A stretch of 64,000 nt of DNA, taken from contig CAIVHG010000060.1 of NCBI GenBank assembly GCA_903905655.1, positions 7,034-71,033 on the forward strand, in the 5' to 3' direction. Position 1 is the first letter of the stretch; the number at the start of each line of letters is the position of its first letter. This document shows positions 8,334-17,161 of the stretch, piece by piece. Source of the DNA: an uncultured beta proteobacterium (GTDB lineage: Bacteria > Pseudomonadota > Gammaproteobacteria > Burkholderiales > SG8-41). The notes under the pieces were generated by a model that worked only from the letters and a program-made list of their open reading frames with translations, made no database searches and was not told the origin of the DNA. A program made the position numbers and the translations under genes.

Positions 8334-11300
8334 CTAGCGCGCAATCGATTCCCAGATCTTCTTTAGCCGTTTCACCGACACCGTATACGGTGTCTTGAGT
8401 TCTTGCGCGTAGAGCGACACGCGCAGCTCCTCGATCTGCCAACGAAAGCTCTCCAGCGCCGGCTCGGCAGCACCCGCCTTGCGTAGCTTGTCGCTGCGCT
8501 CCTGATAGAGCTTCCACAGCGCCGCGATATCGGCCGCGTGCTTGGCGTCGCGCGCCGGATTGCCCGGAAATTTGTCGAGCCGCATCGCGAGCGCCTTGAG
8601 ATAGCGCGGCACGTGCTGGAGCTGCTCCCACGGCGTGGCGCTGAAGTAGCCTTTGTAGACCAGATGCTGAAGTTGCGTGCGCAGCTCCGCGACGACGCGG
8701 TTCAGTGCCGGGGCTGCGCTCGTGAGCCGCAGATTCACGCGGTGATGCTCTTCGGCAATCGCAGCGTAGATGCGGCAGGCGGCATCGCGCACCGCCGGCA
8801 GGCGGGTGCGTGCGCGCTGCTTCTGCGCTTCGTATTCTTTTTCATTGCGCGGCAGCTCGTCCTCGCCGATAAAGGCGCGGTCGCAGATCGCGCTCAAGAT
8901 GTCGGCTTTGAGATCCTCGGCGTTCGCGATGCTGCGCAACTGCATGAGCGCCTGCGTCAGGCCCGGCAGGTTTTTGTCGAGCTGCTTCATCTGCTCTTTG
9001 AGCTCGAGGCGCAGCAGCCGGCACACGCCGGCACGCATCGACGCATCCGCGACAGCGCGGGTGTCCAGCAGCCGGATCGCCACGCTGTCGCCTTCGTCCA
9101 CCAGCGCCGGATAACCGGTGAGCTTGCGCCCGCCGCTCTCGAACGCGATCTGCACCGGCAGGTCGCCGCAATCCCATGCCGTGAGTCCGCTGCGCTCGAT
9201 GCCGGGCTCGGCCTTGGCGAAAGTGAGCTGCGCTGCCTGGCCGAGCTGGGCCTTGAGCGCGGCGAGGTCGCGCCCGCCTGCGAGTTCGCGCCCGGCGTCG
9301 TCGATGACGCGGTAGTTCATCCTCAAGTGCAGCGGAATATCCGCATCGTCAAGGATATCGGCGGAGACGATTTCACCAGTGCGCTTCCTCACGTACTGCG
9401 CAAGCGCTTGTGCGAGCGCGATGCCCGACGCGTTGCTGTCCTGCTCCTCGAGAAAGCGCGTCACGTGGTCCTGCAGGGGAAACAGAAGTTTGCGGATCGC
9501 CTTCGGCAGCGCCTTGAAGCAGGCCGCGATCTTTTCGCGGATCATCCCCGGCACCAGCCAGTCGAAGGGCGCGGCAGCAAGCTGGTTCAAGAGCGCGAGC
9601 GGCACGGTCACCGTCACCCCGTCCAGCGCATGGCCTGGCTCGAAACGGTAGCGCAGCTTGAGCGCGACGCCGTCGACCGTGAGGTGGTCCGGGAACTGTG
9701 CTTCGGTGACGCCGGCCGCGCTCTGCAGCATCAGGTATTCGCGGGTCATGAACAGCAGCTTGGGATTCGCGCGCTCCGCGTCCTCGCGCCACTTGTCGAA
9801 GCCGGCGCCGTTGTAGATATCCGGCGGCAGCAGCGCATCGTAGAAACGGAAGATCGTTTCGTCGTCGACCAGCACGTCGCGGCGGCGCGTCTTGTGCTCC
9901 AGGTCCTGCACTTCCTTGACCAGCCGCTGGTTGTGCGCAAAGAACGGGGCGCGCGTCGTGTAGAGCCCCGCGGTCAGCGCCTGGCGGATGAAGATCTCGC
10001 GCGCTTCCGGCGGATTGAGCGGGCCGTAATGCACGCGCCGCTTGGCGACGATGGTGAGTCCGTAAAGCGTGACGCGCTCGAATGCCGTCACCATCGCGCG
10101 CTCCTTCTCCCAATGCGGATCGAAATAGTGGCGGTTGACGAGGTGGCCGGACAGAGCCTCCAGCCATTCGGGCTCGATCTTCGCGACGCAGCGCGCATAG
10201 AGTCGCGTGGTTTCCGTGATCTCGGAGGCCACCACCCACTTGGGCTTCGCTTTCCTGAGCACCGAGCCCGGGAAGATCGCGAATTTGATGCCGCGCGCTC
10301 CCAGGTATTCGTCGCCTTCCTCGGCCTTGGTCCCGATGTTGCCGAGCAGTCCCGCGAGCAGCGCGCGGTGGATCTGCTCGTAAGTGGCCGGCGTCTCGTT
10401 GATATTGAATTTGAGATCGCCGACCAGCGCATGCAGTTGGGTATGGATGTCGCGCCATTCACGGAGGCGCCGGTGCGACAGGAAGCACGCGTGCAGTTCG
10501 TCGATCAGCTTGCGGTTCGATTTCTTGTGCAGCACCGCCTCTGCGAAAAACTCCCACAGCCTGAGGTACGCCATGAAGTCCGAGCGCTCGTCGGCGAAGC
10601 GCTCGTGCGCACGGTCGGCGGCGTCGGCGCGCTCGAAGGGGCGCTCGCGCGGATCCTGCACCGACAGCGCCGAGGCGATGATGAGTATCTCAGAGAGGCA
10701 GTTCTGCTGCTTGGCCGCGAGGATCATGCGCGCCACGCGCGGATCGATCGGAAATTTCGCGAGCTGCCAGCCGATCTCGGTGAGCGCGTTCTGATCGTTG
10801 ACCGCGCCGAGTTCCGCCAGCAGCTGGTAGCCGTCGGCGATCATGCGCGAGCCGGGCGCTTCGAGGAAGGGGAAGCGCTCGACCTCGCCGATCCTGAGCG
10901 ACTTCATGCGCAGGATCACTGCCGCGAGCGAAGTGCGCAGCACCTCCGGGTCGGTGAACTCGGGGCGCGCCGTGTAGTCGTCCTCTGCATAGAGCCGCAC
11001 GCAGATGCCGGCGGCGACGCGCCCGCAGCGACCGGCGCGCTGATTGGCGGAAGCGCGCGAAATCTTCTCTACCCGCAATTGCTCGACCTTGTTGCGGTAA
11101 CTGTAGCGGTTGAGGCGGGCGTAGCCGGTGTCGATCACGTAGCGGATGCCCGGCACCGTGAGCGAAGTCTCCGCGACGTTGGTCGCGAGCACGATTCGGC
11201 GCGCACCGTGCGGCTTGAACACGCGGTCCTGCTCCTCGAACGACAGCCGCGAATAGAGCGGCAGGATCTCCGCGCCCTTGGGATGATGCTTGCGCAGCAG

Positions 11301-12038
11301 CTCGGCGGTCTCGCGGATCTCGCGCTCGCCTGGCAGGAACACCAGCACGTCGCCGGAGCCGGCGCGCGCCAGCTCGTCCACTGCCTCGACGATCGCGTCC
11401 TCCATGTCCTGCTCTTCCTGGTCCTCGTCTTTGGATTTCAGCGGCCGGTAGCGCAGCTCGACCGGATACATGCGGCCCGACACTTCGATCACCGGCGCCG
11501 GCTTGCCATCGGCTGCGAAGTGCTGCGCGAAGCGCTCGGCGTCGATCGTCGCCGAGGTGACGATGACTTTTAGATCCGGGCGCTGCGGCAGTATCTGCTT
11601 GAGATAGCCGAGCAGGAAGTCGATGTTGAGGCTGCGCTCGTGCGCTTCATCGATGATCAGCGTGTCGTAGGCCTTGAGCAGCCGGTCGCCCTGGGTTTCG
11701 GCGAGCAGGATGCCGTCGGTCATGAGCTTGACGTAGGTATCGCGCGAGACGCGGTCCGAGAAGCGGATCTTGTAGCCGACCGCGTTGCCGACCGTGCTCT
11801 TGAGTTCCTGCGCGATGCGCGCCGCGACAGTGCGCGCCGCGATGCGCCGCGGCTGCGTGTGGCCGATCAGGCCGTGGACGCCGCGCTTGAGGTCGAGGCA
11901 GATCTTGGGCAGTTGCGTGGTCTTGCCGGATCCGGTCTCGCCGCACACGATGACCACCTGGTTGGCCGCGATGGCGCGCGCGATCTCCTCGCGCCGCGCC
12001 ACCACCGGCAGCTCGTCGGGATAATCCGGGCGCGGCAC
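8334..12038 (-). CDS. hrpA: ATP-dependent RNA helicase HrpA (DEAH-box)
   Basis: 1234 aa. It carries GETGSGKTTQLPK, DEAHERSLNIDFLLGYLK, VTSATID and QRAGRCGR, plus a long HA2/OB/C-terminal region. The start is a GTG at 12038. Confidence 0.95.
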   Translation of the reverse strand: MPRPDYPDELPVVARREEIARAIAANQVVIVCGETGSGKTTQLPKICLDLKRGVHGLIGHTQPRRIAARTVAARIAQELKSTVGNAVGYKIRFSDRVSRDTYVKLMTDGILLAETQGDRLLKAYDTLIIDEAHERSLNIDFLLGYLKQILPQRPDLKVIVTSATIDAERFAQHFAADGKPAPVIEVSGRMYPVELRYRPLKSKDEDQEEQDMEDAIVEAVDELARAGSGDVLVFLPGEREIRETAELLRKHHPKGAEILPLYSRLSFEEQDRVFKPHGARRIVLATNVAETSLTVPGIRYVIDTGYARLNRYSYRNKVEQLRVEKISRASANQRAGRCGRVAAGICVRLYAEDDYTARPEFTDPEVLRTSLAAVILRMKSLRIGEVERFPFLEAPGSRMIADGYQLLAELGAVNDQNALTEIGWQLAKFPIDPRVARMILAAKQQNCLSEILIIASALSVQDPRERPFERADAADRAHERFADERSDFMAYLRLWEFFAEAVLHKKSNRKLIDELHACFLSHRRLREWRDIHTQLHALVGDLKFNINETPATYEQIHRALLAGLLGNIGTKAEEGDEYLGARGIKFAIFPGSVLRKAKPKWVVASEITETTRLYARCVAKIEPEWLEALSGHLVNRHYFDPHWEKERAMVTAFERVTLYGLTIVAKRRVHYGPLNPPEAREIFIRQALTAGLYTTRAPFFAHNQRLVKEVQDLEHKTRRRDVLVDDETIFRFYDALLPPDIYNGAGFDKWREDAERANPKLLFMTREYLMLQSAAGVTEAQFPDHLTVDGVALKLRYRFEPGHALDGVTVTVPLALLNQLAAAPFDWLVPGMIREKIAACFKALPKAIRKLLFPLQDHVTRFLEEQDSNASGIALAQALAQYVRKRTGEIVSADILDDADIPLHLRMNYRVIDDAGRELAGGRDLAALKAQLGQAAQLTFAKAEPGIERSGLTAWDCGDLPVQIAFESGGRKLTGYPALVDEGDSVAIRLLDTRAVADASMRAGVCRLLRLELKEQMKQLDKNLPGLTQALMQLRSIANAEDLKADILSAICDRAFIGEDELPRNEKEYEAQKQRARTRLPAVRDAACRIYAAIAEEHHRVNLRLTSAAPALNRVVAELRTQLQHLVYKGYFSATPWEQLQHVPRYLKALAMRLDKFPGNPARDAKHAADIAALWKLYQERSDKLRKAGAAEPALESFRWQIEELRVSLYAQELKTPYTVSVKRLKKIWESIAR

Positions 12039-12140
12039 GTTGTCGAGGCGGCGCTGCAGGTCGGCAGGGTTCTTAGGCGGCAGAAAGATTATCCGTATGC
12101 AAGGGATGCTTGCTGGACGCGCCCTTGCCCGAGCGCGAAA

Positions 12141-12743
12141 TTAAAACGGCACCCGCACGCCATCCTTGCTGACCTGGATGGTGGTGGCGATCACTTTGCC
12201 GTCGTTGTCCATGCCGGCAAAGAGCAGCACGTACTCTCCGGGCTTGAGCAGCGTGCGATCGCCGCTCACCGGCATGACCACCGGAATGTTGTCGGGAACG
12301 ATTACGGTCTGCTGGCCGCCCTTGTAGGTGAGCGTGATCTCACGGTTGCGATTGACCAGGGCCACTGAGGAAACCGCGGCATTCGTCATCGTCGAGTTCG
12401 GCTCCAGGTCCCACGGGCGGTGACCTTCGCCGGGCACCGTGGGGCCGGGAGGAAACACGTGGATCTCGCGCGCCACTAGCCTGCCGCTGGAATCCGGCAC
12501 GGCCGTCGTGCCGATCGCCGTTCCCGGCTTGATGTCGGCAAGACTCATCAGCTTCATGTAGGAAACACGGGTATTCGGCCCGAGCTCGATTTTCAGCTCC
12601 CGGCCTTCGCGCGTCTTGACCATCATCAGGTCGCCGGCGACAGATTCGATCGTGCCGCGTGCGCGAATGGGAGTTTGTGCTGCGGCGAGCGTTGCCGCAA
12701 AGAACAGTGCGCCGCACAGCAAAGCTGCAAAAACTTTGTTCAC
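12141..12743 (-). CDS. secreted protein of unknown function with two internal ~70-aa repeats (DUF5666-like, tentative)
   Basis: It has a signal peptide (MNKVFAALLCGALFFAATLAAAQ). Two modules follow the pattern G.I.SV.G..(V)...(K)....NT.V......D.KPG......G...A..I.V. Confidence 0.7.
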   Translation of the reverse strand: MNKVFAALLCGALFFAATLAAAQTPIRARGTIESVAGDLMMVKTREGRELKIELGPNTRVSYMKLMSLADIKPGTAIGTTAVPDSSGRLVAREIHVFPPGPTVPGEGHRPWDLEPNSTMTNAAVSSVALVNRNREITLTYKGGQQTVIVPDNIPVVMPVSGDRTLLKPGEYVLLFAGMDNDGKVIATTIQVSKDGVRVPF

Positions 12744-12798
12744 GATACATCCTATTCAAAAAATTGCGGGGCGGCGAGGAGCGCTTCCTGCACAGCTA

Positions 12799-13098
12799 CT
12801 ATACGATGGATTCGAGCGGCACCACGAACAGCCGGGTGCGGTCGGACGGACGTTCAATCCTGGCGTTGTAGTCGGTAATCGCCTTCGTTAGATCCTGGAG
12901 CGGCTTCTCCTCCTGAAACGCGATCATGAGGACGGTGTTCGTGCTGGGGAAGGATCCTTTTCCGAGGTGCGGTTCCGTGCCGCGCCCCTTGCCTTTGGCG
13001 CGCTCCCAACTCGTGTAGTAATCGATGCCGGTGTCCTGGAGTATCTGCATCACGCTGTCGGTGTAGAAATCGTTGTAGACGACAAACGCCATTTTCAT
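12799..13098 (-). CDS. small PII-like protein, tentatively PG0541-family transporter-associated protein
   Basis: 99 aa: MKMAFVVYNDFYTDSVMQILQDTGIDYYTSWERAKGKGRGTEPHLGKGSFPSTNTVLMIAF. The (Y/F)T.W....G.G...PH.G...(W/F)P..N pattern matches my recollection of that family. Confidence 0.55.
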   Translation of the reverse strand: MKMAFVVYNDFYTDSVMQILQDTGIDYYTSWERAKGKGRGTEPHLGKGSFPSTNTVLMIAFQEEKPLQDLTKAITDYNARIERPSDRTRLFVVPLESIV

Positions 13099-13271
13099 TT
13101 TTCTTTTTCCTCAACGCATTTGATGGATAGTGCGATTATAGATGGAGTTTCATGACGTTTCGAGCGCATGCGCAACGAATGTGGCTGGACCGTGGCTATA
13201 GGACGATGGCATTTGCGACGACCATGATGCTGGTGTATTCTGCCATTGGCCCTGACTCAAGAGACATATAT

Positions 13272-14234
13272 ATGAAAAACCCGCTTAGCTCCGCACTGCT
13301 TGCGCTGACCGCGCTCACCGCGTTCACTGCCGATCCCGCAATCGCGCAGACCTTTCCAACCCGGCCCGTGCGCATCATCGCCGGCTCGCCGGGAGGAGGC
13401 AATGACATGTTGGCGCGCCTGCTCGCGCCGACCCTCACCACGAGCCTGAAACAGCAGGTGATCGTCGAGAACAAGCCGAGCGGCGTCATTCCGTTCGATA
13501 CCGTCGCGAAGGCGGAGCCGAACGGCTATACCGTGCTAGTCGCCGGCAACGATTTCTGGATCGGACCGCTGGTGCAGAATACGCCGTATGACCCGGTGCG
13601 CGATTTTGAGCCTGTGATACTGGCGGCCAGTGCGCCGAATGTGATGGTCGTGCCGCCGTCGCTGCCCGCGAACGACGTGAAGCAGTTCATCGCACTCGCC
13701 AAGTCCGAGAAGGGCGGACTCAGGTATGCATCGAGCGCCCGCGGCGGCGTGTCGCATCTTGCGGCTGAATTGTTCAAGAGCATGGCGGGTGTGGAGATCC
13801 TGCACGTGCCGTACAAAGGCACTGGCCCTGCGCTGACCGGGCTCATCTCGAACGAAGTGCAGCTGATGTTTCCGAATCTTGCGGGCGCCATGCCGCAGAT
13901 CAAATCGGGCCGGCTGAAAGCTTTGGCCGTCACGTCCGCGAAGCCTACGCAGCTCTTCCCCGAGCTGCCGACCGTCGCGGCATCGGGTCTGCCGGGATAC
14001 CAGTCGGTGACGGTGTATGGGTTTTTTGTTCCGCGCACGACGCCGGCGGCGATCGTGCAGTTGCTGAACCAGGAGTTAGGGCGGGCGCTGACCCGGCCGG
14101 ATGTGAAAGAGCGCCTGCAAGCCGCTGGTCTGGAGGCGGTTGCCGGGACAGGCGACGAGATGGGAGCGTTCTTGAAGGCCGAGATAGTGACGCTGGGGCG
14201 CGTCATCAAAGAGAACGGAATCCGCGCAGACTAA
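13272..14234 (+). CDS. Bug/TctC family periplasmic substrate-binding protein
   Basis: Track ORF 13152..14234. I prefer the ATG at 13272 (MKNPLSSALLALTALTAFTADPAIAQTFPTRPVRIIAGSPGGGND). PNGYT and VPYKGTGPALTGLISNEV are present. Confidence 0.9.
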   Translation: MKNPLSSALLALTALTAFTADPAIAQTFPTRPVRIIAGSPGGGNDMLARLLAPTLTTSLKQQVIVENKPSGVIPFDTVAKAEPNGYTVLVAGNDFWIGPLVQNTPYDPVRDFEPVILAASAPNVMVVPPSLPANDVKQFIALAKSEKGGLRYASSARGGVSHLAAELFKSMAGVEILHVPYKGTGPALTGLISNEVQLMFPNLAGAMPQIKSGRLKALAVTSAKPTQLFPELPTVAASGLPGYQSVTVYGFFVPRTTPAAIVQLLNQELGRALTRPDVKERLQAAGLEAVAGTGDEMGAFLKAEIVTLGRVIKENGIRAD

Positions 14235-14252
14235 AGCGCCCGGTATCGCACC

Positions 14253-15518
14253 ATGGGAATGACCACGCTTGAGAAGATCCTTGCGCGAGCCTCGGGCAAG
14301 GACAGCCTGCGCCCCGGGGACATTGCGGTGTGCCGCCCGGATATGGTGTTGCAGACTGATCTCGGATTGACGGCCACCGGCACCTGGTACCGGCCGAAGA
14401 AGGTATTCGATCCCGACCGCATCACGAATATCTTCGATCACGCCGTGCCGGCGCCGGCCATTGAGAATGCGTGGGCGATGCGCGAGGCGCGCCGCTTCAA
14501 CAAGCAATTCGGAATGAAGCACCTGTTCGATGTGGGCGCGCATGGCATCGTGCACGTGATCGCCGCGGAACACGGCCTGGCACGGCCGGGCGAATTGCTC
14601 GTGTGTTCCGATTCGCACACCTGCGCCTCGGGCGCCCTCAACTGCGCAGGACGTGGCATCGGGCTCACCGATCTGCTGCAGGCGCTGACCAAGGGATTGG
14701 TGTGGTACCCGGTCAGCCCTTCGGTGCGTTACGAATTCAAGGGCGAGCTGCCGCCGGTGGTGAGCGGCAAGGACGTGTTCTTTCACATTGCCCAGACCTA
14801 TGGCGCGCATACCGGCACCAGCATCGAGTTTGGCGGCGCCGGCATTCGCGCGCTGCCAATGTCGGCACGCCGCACCATCGCGACCATGTGCGCGGAGCTG
14901 GGCGCAGAATTCGCGATCTTCGACTGCGACGAGATCACCGAGCAGTTCCTCAAGGGCCGCACCGACCGTCCGTTCACGCCTGCGCTGGCGGACCGCGATG
15001 CAGACTACGAAGACGTGCGCGTCATCGATCTCGCGGACGTCGAGCCCTACGTGATCCTGCCGCATTCGGTGCCCAAGAACGGCATGCGGCTGTCGGCTTT
15101 CGATCAGAAGATACGCATCGACCAAGCGTTTGTCGGCTCCTGCGCGAATGGACAGATCGAGGATCTGCGTGTCGTCGCCGCTATTCTGCGCGGACGCAAG
15201 ATCGCGCCCGGCGTGCGCTTCATCGTGACTCCGGGTTCGCAGGCGATTTATCTGCAGTCGCTGAAGGAAGGGCTGGCCGCCGACTTCGTGGAAGCCGGGG
15301 CTGTCTTCACCAACTCCACCTGCGGCGCATGCTATGGCGGGCACATGGGCCTGATCGGGCCCGGCGAAGTGTGCATTACCGCGAGCACGCGCAATTTCAA
15401 GGGCCGCATGGGCAGCGCGCAGGCAGAGATCTACATGGGCTCACCCGCCACCGTCGCCGCTTCCGCGATCGCCGGCATCATCACCGATCCGCGCACGTTG
15501 ATGGCTGCGGCGGCATAG
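14253..15518 (+). CDS. aconitase-superfamily dehydratase large subunit (LeuC / homoaconitase-type, short 420-aa form)
   Basis: The Fe-S ligand contexts are present: VCSDSHTCASG, VGSCANGQIEDL and NSTCGACYGGHMG, followed by ASTRNFKGRMG. No small (LeuD-like) subunit lies anywhere in the window. Confidence 0.85.
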   Translation: MGMTTLEKILARASGKDSLRPGDIAVCRPDMVLQTDLGLTATGTWYRPKKVFDPDRITNIFDHAVPAPAIENAWAMREARRFNKQFGMKHLFDVGAHGIVHVIAAEHGLARPGELLVCSDSHTCASGALNCAGRGIGLTDLLQALTKGLVWYPVSPSVRYEFKGELPPVVSGKDVFFHIAQTYGAHTGTSIEFGGAGIRALPMSARRTIATMCAELGAEFAIFDCDEITEQFLKGRTDRPFTPALADRDADYEDVRVIDLADVEPYVILPHSVPKNGMRLSAFDQKIRIDQAFVGSCANGQIEDLRVVAAILRGRKIAPGVRFIVTPGSQAIYLQSLKEGLAADFVEAGAVFTNSTCGACYGGHMGLIGPGEVCITASTRNFKGRMGSAQAEIYMGSPATVAASAIAGIITDPRTLMAAAA

Positions 15519-15542
15519 CGCGCTCTGTCCCGATCGGTTTTG

Positions 15543-15569
15543 GCAGGGCAGGTCACACCCGTCGTCGCG
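15543..15569. repeat. REP-like palindromic element, copy A
   Basis: GCAGGGCAGGTCACACCCGTCGTCGCG. It is related to 41888..41916, and in inverted orientation to 15614..15635. Confidence 0.5.
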
Positions 15570-15613
15570 CAGCGAAAAATAGAATTAGAGTCTCCCTCTT
15601 GTAACATCTAAAT

Positions 15614-15635
15614 GGCGGGTGTGACCCGCCCTACG
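15614..15635. repeat. REP-like palindromic element, copy B (inverted relative to A)
   Basis: GGCGGGTGTGACCCGCCCTACG contains the perfect hairpin GGCGGGT-GTG-ACCCGCC. Its reverse complement matches copy C with one mismatch. Confidence 0.55.
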
Positions 15636-15639
15636 ATGG

Positions 15640-17040
15640 CTAATTGTCTTTGGTCAGCAGGTGCGCCAGCGACCTGGCGTCGCTCAGCTTTTCCAGCCCG
15701 AGCACCGCATCGCGGATGCGTTCGACGTGCGGCTGAGCAAATGCATGCCGCGCGAGGGTCTCGAATTTCTTCAGGACGGGTTGCGGTCCCGGGAATTCGA
15801 TCTCGTCGAAGCGCTTCTGCATGGTGGTCTTCAGCAGCGTGCCGTCCTTGAGCTTGACCGCGACGTGCATCTTGTGGCGGTAGGGACGGCCCAGCGCCGT
15901 GATTTCAGGATCGTGCCGGATGTCGATCTTCTCGATCAGCGCCAGGCGCCGCGGGTCGGCCACCATCGCTTCCGAAAACTGGTCGACGAAGCATTCGCCT
16001 TCGATGAGCATGGTGGCGAGGCAATAGCTCATGTTGAGCTGCGCCGAGGTCACGCCTTCCGGACGGTATTTCCAGCCCATGTGATCGAGCGTGGTGTGAG
16101 ACACATCGACTGTCACCTTTTCCACCTCGGCGGCGCTGAAGTCGCGCTGCCCGCGCAGTGCGCGGATTGCGTTCAGCGCCGGATGCACGCCTGCAACGCA
16201 GGAGTAAAACTTCAGAAAGATATCCATCGTGAGATAAGTTTCGCCCAGGCCGGCGGTCAGCTCGGTTAGATCGAAGCCGTCTGTCGAATGGGAGAACGCG
16301 GTGCAGAAGCCGCCGTACTTGCTCTCGAACACGTCGATGATGCCGGTGTAGCCGCGGGCGGCGAACAGCGCGCCATAGAGACCGCTTTGCGAGGCGCGGC
16401 CCGCATGAAAGCGTTTGACCATGGCGCCGTATTGCGCAGCCATCAGGCCTGAGGCCTGAGTGCCCGCAATGCCGAGCGCGTGCACTGCCTGCTCTACGTT
16501 GAGGCCGAGGCCGGCGGCGGCGCTGGCGGCGGCGCCGAACACGCCGGTGGTGGCGCCCGAATGCCAGCCCGCCGCAAGATGCTCGGGGCCCATGCACAAG
16601 GAGGCGCGGGTCGCGATTTCATAGCCGATTAGCGCAGCACGCAGCAGTTCGCGCCCGCTCATTTTCGGGCGGGTCTCGGCGACCGCGAACAGTGCGGGCA
16701 GCACCACCGCTCCCACGTGCGACGGCCCGCGGTAGAACGCGTCGTCGATTTCGTAGCCCTGTATCAGCGAGCCGTTCACCAGTGTTGCGTGCGGTGCGGA
16801 CAGCCGCTCTTTCGCGCCCCACACCACGCAGCCAGTGGAGGTGTCGACCGCTTTGAGGCTGTCGATCAGGATGCGGCTCCATTCCAGATCGGCGGCGTAG
16901 ATGCCGCAGCCGATCGAATCCAGTATCAGGAGCTTCAGCCGCTCAATGACTTCCGCAGGGATGTCTTCGTAGCGTGCATGCGCGATGTACGATGCAATGC
17001 CGCGGGTATAGGTGTTGTCGGTGGATGGTTCTTGTGTCAT
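15640..17040 (-). CDS. MmgE/PrpD family protein, paralog 2
   Basis: 466 aa. YIAHARYEDIPAEVIERLKLLILDSIGCGIYA plus the overall MmgE/PrpD pattern. Confidence 0.85.
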   Translation of the reverse strand: MTQEPSTDNTYTRGIASYIAHARYEDIPAEVIERLKLLILDSIGCGIYAADLEWSRILIDSLKAVDTSTGCVVWGAKERLSAPHATLVNGSLIQGYEIDDAFYRGPSHVGAVVLPALFAVAETRPKMSGRELLRAALIGYEIATRASLCMGPEHLAAGWHSGATTGVFGAAASAAAGLGLNVEQAVHALGIAGTQASGLMAAQYGAMVKRFHAGRASQSGLYGALFAARGYTGIIDVFESKYGGFCTAFSHSTDGFDLTELTAGLGETYLTMDIFLKFYSCVAGVHPALNAIRALRGQRDFSAAEVEKVTVDVSHTTLDHMGWKYRPEGVTSAQLNMSYCLATMLIEGECFVDQFSEAMVADPRRLALIEKIDIRHDPEITALGRPYRHKMHVAVKLKDGTLLKTTMQKRFDEIEFPGPQPVLKKFETLARHAFAQPHVERIRDAVLGLEKLSDARSLAHLLTKDN

Positions 17041-17161
17041 AGGTAAGCAAAAATTAGATGTTCAGAGATCATCGCATTGAAAGCGGCAGTGGTAAAGGGT
17101 AGCATCGCATTCGGGGTGCGGCCGCTTGATCACGAAGCGGCGAATTGGGGGAGGTGTCATC

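Noticed and set aside
8538-11573. 1011-aa ORF on the plus strand.
   Set aside because: It lies entirely antisense to hrpA. Its composition is dominated by R/A/L/E/H with no recognisable motifs. This is the classic long shadow ORF of a high-GC gene.
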